Virus record (IMG/VR): IMGVR_UViG_3300023174_000315
Coordinates: 1-41,719 of that record
DNA length: 41,719 nt
Origin: a virus
Lineage: Duplodnaviria; Caudoviricetes
Reading direction: 5' to 3' (one strand)
A program made the translations under genes and the position numbers. The stretch's first letter is position 1. Every line of letters begins with the position of its first letter. Shown here piece after piece: positions 9,050-17,200 of this stretch. Under the pieces are notes generated by a model that saw only the letters and a list, made by a program, of their open reading frames with translations, was not told the DNA's origin and did no database searches.

Positions 9050-9622
9050 ATGGCACATAATCTTAGACCATTCAGGAATTATGACGAATATGACGTCCTT
9101 AATGTTTTTACATATAGTGGAGTTGCTGAAAGTCCATCTATTGTAGTAACAAAAGGCGCATTCGTCAAAGTCGTAGCTCCAGGTTTCCAACCTGTAGCAG
9201 GAAACACATTGGGTAATCCAATTGAATCACTCGGACCAGTTGGCGCATCTTACAACAATGTTGTATCAGATCGTTACGGAGCCGTACCAAAAGTAACTCT
9301 AGCAACATCTGGTAGTGCAGTACTCGGTATGACACTACTTGATATTCGTGAACTAGACGAAAATGGTGAAAGACTCGGTTTCAATCCTCGAAAAGTTGCA
9401 GAAATGGGTGTTGTTATAAGTGGACAAGCAGTTCCAATTCTAACACGCGGTACTGTACTTTATAGTGGAGTAACTGCTACAGCAGGTCAAGTTGCACAAA
9501 TCGCATTTGCTGGTCAAGGCGAACTTGTTGCATCAACAACCTTGCTCGCTGGTGCAACCAAAGTTGGAACATTCTTGGGAACCTCTGTCAATGGCATAGC
9601 TCCTCTCAAGATTGAACTCTAA
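9050..9622 (+). CDS. Capsid decoration/stabilising protein
   Basis: 190 aa, G/V/A/T-rich beta protein between scaffold and MCP; strong AAAGGAG RBS. Confidence 0.65.
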   Translation: MAHNLRPFRNYDEYDVLNVFTYSGVAESPSIVVTKGAFVKVVAPGFQPVAGNTLGNPIESLGPVGASYNNVVSDRYGAVPKVTLATSGSAVLGMTLLDIRELDENGERLGFNPRKVAEMGVVISGQAVPILTRGTVLYSGVTATAGQVAQIAFAGQGELVASTTLLAGATKVGTFLGTSVNGIAPLKIEL

Positions 9623-9644
9623 TTCATAGGAGAAATTTAAAAAA

Positions 9645-10739
9645 ATGAAAATCAAATTAAAAAATACACCAGAACAAGTAGAACTAATCAAAGCTATGGG
9701 CAGCAGAGATGTTGCAGTAGCAAGAGAAGCTACCGAAGCTTTTGCAGCTTTCATTGGTCCAGTCGTAAGCAAAGTATTGCTACAAGCTGGAACAGCTAGC
9801 GCAATTTATTCAGAGTCCCCATATGATGAAGACGATGCTCCAAGTATCCCTCTTGATCTATGGTACAATGAAGGCGTAGATTACGTTTCAGTTTGGAGTC
9901 AAAATGTAGCAGGTGGTCTTCCTACCTCTACAGTAGAAGGCTTCAGTGAACTAAAAGTCTCAACATACCGTCTTGATAGTGCAGTTAGCTTCTTAAAGCG
10001 CTATGCTCGTCGTGGCCGTCTTGATGTTGTAAGCAAAGCAGTAGAACGCATGAGCAATGAAGTTCTTGTAAAACAAGAGCGTAATGCTTGGGCAGTAGTT
10101 CTAAAAGCTCTTGCTGAAGCCAGAGATGGTTCTCTAACTAACGATGGTGTTGTTGGTGGACATATTCTTGCCTCACAAGCTAATACATTCCAATTGGCTG
10201 ATCTCAGCAACTTGATGAAACTAGTAAAAAGAATTAATACTTCTTATGCTGGTGGCACAACTGTTGATAGCTATGGACTAACCGATCTATTCGTAAGTCC
10301 AGAAGTTATGGCTGATATCCGTTCAATCGCCTTTAATCCAATCGGCACAAACACCGCTGGATCAAGGACATTCGAAACTGCTCCAGAAGCAGTTCGTGAA
10401 CAAATCTTCCGTTCTGCTGGTGCCAGTGAATTGTTCGGCGTAACAATTCATGACCTAGTTGAACTCGGAGTTGGTGCTAAATACAATACTCTTTATAATG
10501 CTCTTAGAGGTGCTCAAACCGATATCAGCACAGGAGAAATTGTAGTTGGTCTAGACCTAAGTCGCGAAGGATTCATTCGTCCAGTTGCTCGTCAATCACA
10601 AAGCGGTGGAACATTCACCGTTCTTCCTGACGATCAATTCGTTTCTCGCTCTGAGAAAACTGGATTCTATGGTTCTCTCGAAGAAGGTCGCGTTTGTGTT
10701 GATGCCCGTACAATCGTTGGCTTGAGACAAACTCGCTAA
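9645..10739 (+). CDS. Major capsid protein (HK97 fold)
   Basis: 364 aa; position after protease and decoration genes; AGGAG RBS; C-ending codon bias of a highly expressed gene; followed by a strong terminator. Confidence 0.85.
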   Translation: MKIKLKNTPEQVELIKAMGSRDVAVAREATEAFAAFIGPVVSKVLLQAGTASAIYSESPYDEDDAPSIPLDLWYNEGVDYVSVWSQNVAGGLPTSTVEGFSELKVSTYRLDSAVSFLKRYARRGRLDVVSKAVERMSNEVLVKQERNAWAVVLKALAEARDGSLTNDGVVGGHILASQANTFQLADLSNLMKLVKRINTSYAGGTTVDSYGLTDLFVSPEVMADIRSIAFNPIGTNTAGSRTFETAPEAVREQIFRSAGASELFGVTIHDLVELGVGAKYNTLYNALRGAQTDISTGEIVVGLDLSREGFIRPVARQSQSGGTFTVLPDDQFVSRSEKTGFYGSLEEGRVCVDARTIVGLRQTR

Positions 10740-10762
10740 ACTAACTCAAAAAGTTATAGAAA

Positions 10763-10791
10763 GCCCGAGGAAGCAATTCCTCGGGTTTTTT
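10763..10791 (+). terminator. Rho-independent terminator after the MCP
   Basis: gcccgaggaa-gcaa-ttcctcgggt followed by a T run. Confidence 0.92.
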
Positions 10792-10835
10792 ATTACCATT
10801 ATATGAATATTTCTATTCTCTTTATTATTCAAATC

Positions 10836-10841
10836 GTGTAA
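10836..10841 (+). promoter_or_regulatory. GTGTAA putative late promoter motif
   Basis: Downstream of the terminator, 33 nt before ATG 10869, with AAAGGAG in between. Confidence 0.6.
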
Positions 10842-10868
10842 CCCCTTGTAAGGTTAAAGGAGAAAAAT

Positions 10869-11213
10869 ATGAAGAAAAAGGCAACAAATATTAACGAATT
10901 GTCACAAACTCACGGAAAAGTAGAAGAATATCAAGCAAGGACTCTGGATCAAATTTGGGGTGATACTGGTATGTCAAAGTATAAAACGCTCGAAGAAGAT
11001 AAGTATATGGATTATTTATCTGATATGAATAAGAGCGATCTACAAACTCATGCAAGTAAATTGGGTTTAATTCCAGTAGATGATAGAGAAACATTAACTA
11101 AAAGATTAATTAAAGAATTTAGAAAGCATGTTTCTAACTATCGCGTTCCTAAGAAAGAAATTAATACAACTTCTAATCAAAAAGCATTAAGAATTCTATC
11201 TGAAGGTAGATAA
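10869..11213 (+). CDS. Hypothetical protein with a possible helix-extension-helix (Rho-N/SAP-like) motif
   Basis: Good RBS; MNKSDLQTHASKLGL..DDRETLTKRLIKEF pattern. Confidence 0.6.
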   Translation: MKKKATNINELSQTHGKVEEYQARTLDQIWGDTGMSKYKTLEEDKYMDYLSDMNKSDLQTHASKLGLIPVDDRETLTKRLIKEFRKHVSNYRVPKKEINTTSNQKALRILSEGR

Positions 11214-11226
11214 TCTTTTTTAAAAA

Positions 11227-11244
11227 ACACTTTAAAAAGTGTAT
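11227..11244 (+). promoter_or_regulatory. GTGTAT motif (11239) within the inverted repeat ACACTTT-AA-AAAGTGT
   Basis: 15 nt before ATG 11254; no Shine-Dalgarno sequence. Confidence 0.6.
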
Positions 11245-11253
11245 ATTATATAG

Positions 11254-13845
11254 ATGATTATCTCTGGTAGATCATATTTACTTAATCAAGTTTCTGGTAA
11301 ATTTATAGAGTTGCCCTCTAATCAAATTGTACTAGGAGATAGAAATGTTTTATTTGCTGAAACTGGAATTGCTATAGGTAAATTTAATTTTAATAGCGGA
11401 ATAATTCCTACTGGTATTGATGATTTTTTTGCTCCATCGGTAGCATTTGGATATGCAAATGATATTCGAAATGTAAAAGAAAATTTTTCACTTGGTTTTG
11501 GTAATATATCTTCTGATGGAAATAATAAATATATTATTGGAAGAATAAATTCTTTATCTAGCGGAGATAATATATATTTATTTGGTACAAATAATAGCTT
11601 AGATTATTCTACATTGGTAGAAGTTTTTGGATCTGATAATTTTGTTGTTAACTCAAATAATAATTATGTTTTAGGAGATAATCATTTTATTTCTGGTGGA
11701 CAAACTATTATAAATATAGGAAATAATAATACTTCACAAAATAATCAATCTATAAATCTAATTGGATTAACTAATATTGACAGGAATGGATCAGCCAATA
11801 ATCTTTTAGGTTTAAATAATGTATCAGAAAATAATTCAAATGCTAATTTAATTGGTAATAGTAATTCTGTTAGTAATTCTAATACTAATCTTTTAATTGG
11901 AAGTTCAAATTTTTCAAATTCTGGAGATTTAAGTTTATTGGTTGGATTTAATAATAGTTTATTATCTAGCACATCTAGTTATAATTTTGTATCTATACAA
12001 AATGCAGTATTATCATATTTAAATACAAGCTATTATCCAATTGATGATTCAACTGGTACATTGGCAGTTTATTCTACAGATCCATTAAATCCATTTGAAG
12101 CAAGTACAATATATAATGATGGTTCTATGTGGGCAGTATACGGCGAATATGATGGACAAAATATTTATTATTCATTAGATCAATTTTATAATCCATGGGA
12201 AGTTACTGATTGGAATTTTTATGATCCTGCTTGGAGTCCAGCACCAATTCAAGGAGATATTACATATAATACACAAAGTATAATAGATGGTAATGTTGGA
12301 AATATAAATACATTAATTGGCAATACTAATATCAGTATAAATTCTTCTAGTTCATTAGTTTTAGGTAATAATAATATTACTTCAGATATAAATAATATAA
12401 TACTTGGAAATTCTAATTCTAATATTTATTCTGGTTTTAATAATTTTATTGTAGGAAATTTTAATAATTTAGATTATCAATATGGAACAGCAAATTTTAT
12501 AGTTGGTTTTTCTAATTATAATAAAAATTCAAATTCAAGTTATATTGGTGGAAATACAAATACGATTTTAAATGGAAGCTCTTCAGTTTTATTAGGTAAT
12601 TCTAATTTAATAAGTGGTTTATCAGGATCTAGTAACTTTTTAAATCTTGGAACCGCTAATACTTTACAAGGAAATGGTCATTTATCTATAGGAAATAATA
12701 ATTTAATAAATGGAAATAATAATTCTATTTTTGGAACATTTAATACAATTAGTACTGGGGCACAAAGTTGCATAATTATTGGAAGAAATCAAACTCTTAC
12801 TGGTCTAAATGAAGTAGGAAAAATTAGACTTGGTACATCAAGTAGCACAAATTTAAGTATTAAATTAGATAAAGTTGAAATTACATCTCTTCTAGATCCA
12901 ACAATTAATGATCAAAAGATAATAACATCTGCACATACTGGAGAATTAGTATCTTCAAATAAATTAGCTTCTTATGAATATTTATCTTTAAGTGGACAAA
13001 GTTTTGGTAGATTAGATTTTGTAGATAATGAAATGGATCATTTACCACCAGGAATTAATATTATAAATGGTAATGTTACATTATTAGATACTGGTTATTA
13101 TTATCCAAATTATCCATTTAGTGGCATAAAAAATGCAAGAATATTCACATCATCAACTAATTTTTATAAAATACCAAGATCTATTTTTAATGGTCCTTAT
13201 TCGGTAGATAATAATTATCTTTATGAAAATAGAGAAAATCAATTATATATATATTATACAACTTCATTAAATCCAGCAAGATGGATTATAGGAAGCACAG
13301 GCACAGCTTATTTTTATGAAAATACTATTAATAGCTCAAATGATCTACCAATTTCAGATTGGGATGGAGTTGCATTTGATGCGAATAATTTTGGAGGAAG
13401 CATTCCAACTTTTACAGCTGGAATAGTAGAACCAAATATTAATCAAAAATATAGTTTAATAAATAATTTTTCTGCAAATTTTAATAATGCTTATATAAGT
13501 TCATTGTCAAATTATTATTTATCAGATGATGGATATTTTAGTATGATTTTTGGAAATAATCCAGCCTCAACTCTTTTTAAAAGACAAGATGGAAGTTATT
13601 TAAATAGCCAATGGATGATAGTCAATACTACTCAAAGTGGTCTTTATTATTTTATTGATGAAACTGGATCTAATAGTACCATTGTTCCTTATACTGGTTT
13701 TGTTTCTACTGGTCAAAAATTACAATTAACAGGAATAGGAAATTTTCCAAATCCTACTTTAACTTTACAAATGGGAAGTAGAACTGGTATTATTGGTTCT
13801 TTCCATCCAGATTTTGGAAGAATATATGTCCCATTTTATTATTAA
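11254..13845 (+). CDS. Large Asn/Gly-rich fibre or spike protein with beta-roll (YadA-head-like) repeats
   Basis: About 14-aa periodic xxxIGxxN repeats over roughly 500 aa, interrupted by a Trp-containing domain. Confidence 0.65.
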   Translation: MIISGRSYLLNQVSGKFIELPSNQIVLGDRNVLFAETGIAIGKFNFNSGIIPTGIDDFFAPSVAFGYANDIRNVKENFSLGFGNISSDGNNKYIIGRINSLSSGDNIYLFGTNNSLDYSTLVEVFGSDNFVVNSNNNYVLGDNHFISGGQTIINIGNNNTSQNNQSINLIGLTNIDRNGSANNLLGLNNVSENNSNANLIGNSNSVSNSNTNLLIGSSNFSNSGDLSLLVGFNNSLLSSTSSYNFVSIQNAVLSYLNTSYYPIDDSTGTLAVYSTDPLNPFEASTIYNDGSMWAVYGEYDGQNIYYSLDQFYNPWEVTDWNFYDPAWSPAPIQGDITYNTQSIIDGNVGNINTLIGNTNISINSSSSLVLGNNNITSDINNIILGNSNSNIYSGFNNFIVGNFNNLDYQYGTANFIVGFSNYNKNSNSSYIGGNTNTILNGSSSVLLGNSNLISGLSGSSNFLNLGTANTLQGNGHLSIGNNNLINGNNNSIFGTFNTISTGAQSCIIIGRNQTLTGLNEVGKIRLGTSSSTNLSIKLDKVEITSLLDPTINDQKIITSAHTGELVSSNKLASYEYLSLSGQSFGRLDFVDNEMDHLPPGINIINGNVTLLDTGYYYPNYPFSGIKNARIFTSSTNFYKIPRSIFNGPYSVDNNYLYENRENQLYIYYTTSLNPARWIIGSTGTAYFYENTINSSNDLPISDWDGVAFDANNFGGSIPTFTAGIVEPNINQKYSLINNFSANFNNAYISSLSNYYLSDDGYFSMIFGNNPASTLFKRQDGSYLNSQWMIVNTTQSGLYYFIDETGSNSTIVPYTGFVSTGQKLQLTGIGNFPNPTLTLQMGSRTGIIGSFHPDFGRIYVPFYY

Positions 13846-13851
13846 TTAAAA

Positions 13852-13857
13852 GTGTAA
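13852..13857 (+). promoter_or_regulatory. GTGTAA putative late promoter motif
   Basis: 14 nt before ATG 13866. Confidence 0.6.
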
Positions 13858-13865
13858 TATTTTAT

Positions 13866-14237
13866 ATGGCAACATTATACAACATAGAGGCAATTCAAGG
13901 TGACGTTTTAAATTTGACTCTTATTGTAAGAGACTCTTATGGAAATGCTATTAATTTAAGTGGATATGATGTTCGTGGACAAGTACGATATGGTTATGGA
14001 TATACTGGAATTTCTGGACTGTTATTACAATTTAATCCTCTCATTTATAGTGGAACTTATGGAGAATATCTTCCATCTGGTATTATATTTATTAATGTAG
14101 GATCTTATTTAACTCAAAATTTACCAGTAGGTTCTTTCGTTTATGATGTAGAAAGATATACTGCTTCTAATCTAAGTGGTGATGCAGTTAAATTACTTAG
14201 AGGCAGATTTATGGTTTCACCAGAAGTAACAATATAA
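13866..14237 (+). CDS. BppU-N-like fibre attachment/adaptor protein
   Basis: IQGD..L.L......INLSGY..RGQVR...YDVE...LLRGRF.VSPEVT pattern, directly before a collagen-containing fibre. Confidence 0.65.
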   Translation: MATLYNIEAIQGDVLNLTLIVRDSYGNAINLSGYDVRGQVRYGYGYTGISGLLLQFNPLIYSGTYGEYLPSGIIFINVGSYLTQNLPVGSFVYDVERYTASNLSGDAVKLLRGRFMVSPEVTI

Positions 14238-14241
14238 ATTT

Positions 14242-17200
14242 ATGCCAGACTATAATGTACAAGTAATTGTTCCTGGAGCACAATCTACAACAGTTGAGTT
14301 GCCTGGAATTGCAGGACCTCCTGGACCAGCTGGACCTCCTGGACCAGCTGGTTTATTTAATACTGGATTATTTGATGTAAGATATCTAACAGTAACTGGT
14401 AATCAAACCGTAAGTGGTTTAAAATATTTCATTCAAGATAATATCATTTATACAGATAATCCTCTTACTGACCCATATACTAGTTTAATAATTGATTATA
14501 GTTATATTAATAATTTAATTTTAAAACCAGTTCCAGAATATAGACCAGTAGTTTCTCCAAATCCAAATTATTTATATACAGGAACTAATATTGTAAGTGA
14601 ATCTCAAATGTATTTTGACACTGGTGCCTCAAGATGGAAATTTTATTATGGTGGATTAAATCCTATACATTTAGTTGCTCAATCTCCAATTATAAAAGCT
14701 GGAGATCCAATTACATTTGCAGCTCAACTTCCAATGAATGGTTGGACAAGTTCAGCTGGAAGTGCGCTTCTTGATTTTAAATTACATTATACAACATTAC
14801 ATAAAAGCTCGCATCAAATTGGTGGAAAAGACTACCTTGATCCAGATACAATAAATGCTGTAGCTAAAACTGGAAATCAAACTATTTCTGGACTTAAAAA
14901 TTTTATAACTCGTCCAACTGTAAATGGAACTGGCATACTTCTTAGTGGCGAAGCAGCTGGATTACCAAATACTTTAGTATATACAACTGGCAATCAAACT
15001 ATATCTGGAAGTAAAACTTTTGCTTCTCCAATATATTTTATTTCTTCTGGATCATATATTGATCTAAGATCAAACGGAGGCAATGGTGGGTCTATTATTA
15101 TGATTGGAAATTCTGGAGAAGATGGCTTGTGTCCATCTAATGCAGGTTCAATTAATTTAAGCGCTGGAGTTGGTGGTAATGGTGGAAGTATTAATTTACA
15201 AGGATCGCAAAACGCAGATAACTGCTATAAATCTTCTGGGGGAAGTATAGACTTAAGCGCAGGATATGCAGATAATTCTCCTGGAGGTAGTATCATTTCA
15301 GTTGGTGGTAATACCTACGCTGGAGGAACTCTTAATATGTCGGCGGGCAGTAGTGCAGGTGGTTCAATTAATACAACAAATGGTGGTGGTTCAATAAATA
15401 CAGCTGGTAATGTAGATTCATTTGGAGGCTCAATAAATACAAGCGCTGGAATTGGAGCTGGTACAGATGGTGGATCTATTCGTCTATCTGGTAGCGAAGG
15501 CGATAATAATCATGGAGGTTCGATTGATTTATCTGCAGGAGGCGAGGAGGCTAATTGTTTTGGAGGTTCTATTATTTCTACAGGTGGCGGTGGCGACGAT
15601 AACCACCATGGGGGAACATTGAATATGTCTGGAGGTGACCATGGTGCTGGGGGTTCAATAAACACTTCAAATAATGGCGGATCAATAGATATTTCTGGTG
15701 GTAGTCATTACACTGCAATTGGCGGTTCAATCGACTTGCGTGGAGGTGACGACGATGGTGAAACTGGTGGAAGTATTATAGCAAATGCAATTGGTGTGGA
15801 TAATAGAAGTGCAGGTTCATTGAATATGTCAGCTGGTGGTAATGGTAATGGTGGGTCAATAAGCACGCAGGGCGGTGTGGATGGTGATGGTGGAAGCATT
15901 AATACCTCAAATGCAGGTGGTTCAATTAATACTTCTGGTGGTGGCTCGATCAATACATCGGGTGGCGGTTCAATCAATACCTCAAATGGCGGAGGCTCGA
16001 TTGATTTATCCCAAGATGGTGGAGGAAGTATCAATATGCGAGGATTTACATTCGGCGGTGGAAAGGGACTTGCTGGATCAATAAATACAAGCGCAAATGA
16101 TGACGATGCAGATGGTGGTTCTATTAATACAAGTGGTGGGCTTACAGAAGGAACAGATGGCGGATCAATCAACACTTCTGGCGGTGTGGATGGTGCTGGT
16201 GGTTCAATTGATCTCTCAGAAAATGGTGGAGCAAATTTTTCAATACAATCAGCAGAATTTTTACCAATTCAAAGTGATGGTTCAATTTATAACAAAATAA
16301 ATGATAGACTTTATATTCGTAAAAATGGAGTTTGGGAAGAAGTCATAACAAATCAAGGAGATCAAACAATAAATGGACTTAAAACCTTTACAAATAACAT
16401 AAATGTTTTAGGTACAGGTATTTTAGATGGCTTAGATTTAAATAATGTTGATAATCTTCTTATTTCTGGAATAGATTTATATATAGAAAATGGAAATGTT
16501 AGCTTAACAAATACTCCAACAGTAAGAGGAAATCCAGTACTAACAGGAGTAGATTTAACTCAATATGCTACAATTTCTAATCTTAATTTAACTGGATCAA
16601 ATCTTAATAATAAAATAAATACACTTAGCGGTGTTTCAGTATTAACTTATGGAAATCAAGGTATTTATGGAAATAAAACATTCTATGATAATATTTTTAT
16701 TAATAATTTAACTGTAACTGGAACTCAAACAATAGCTAATACAACAAATACTAACATAGCGAGTAATTATCTTTTATTAAATATCACTGGTGGAGCAATT
16801 GCTGGTGGAGTATTCTTTATTACAGGAGTTGAAGGAAGTGGACTTGGTCCAATTATAGGCTATGATTTAAATAATAATAAATTTAAAATTGGCACAGGAT
16901 CACGAAATGGTGGACTAACAACATTAGATAATATTGCTACAGAAAATTTTGTAAATACTAATGCTGTATTAATATCTGGCAATCAAAGTATAAATGGAAA
17001 TAAGAGTTTTTATGAAGATGTGCTCCTTAGTGGAACTAATAATAGAATAGGAAAAAATCATTATATTAATACTGATAGTGATTTTGTTTTTATAAGATAT
17101 GCTGATGGTAATATTTTACTAAGCACAGAAGAACTTAATTTTAGAAGTACGAATGGTAATGAATCTTTAAATTGGGAAGGTAGAGCTCTTACAGATGAAA

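Noticed and set aside
14314-14349. 18-bp direct repeat ggacctcctggaccagct x2
   Set aside because: It simply encodes the short collagen-like GPPGPA stretch.
15708-16175. Pro-rich minus-strand ORF and other short antisense ORFs (for example 3653, 5530, 8755, 25998, 26907, 31406)
   Set aside because: They are antisense shadows of long genuine genes, with no independent start signals.
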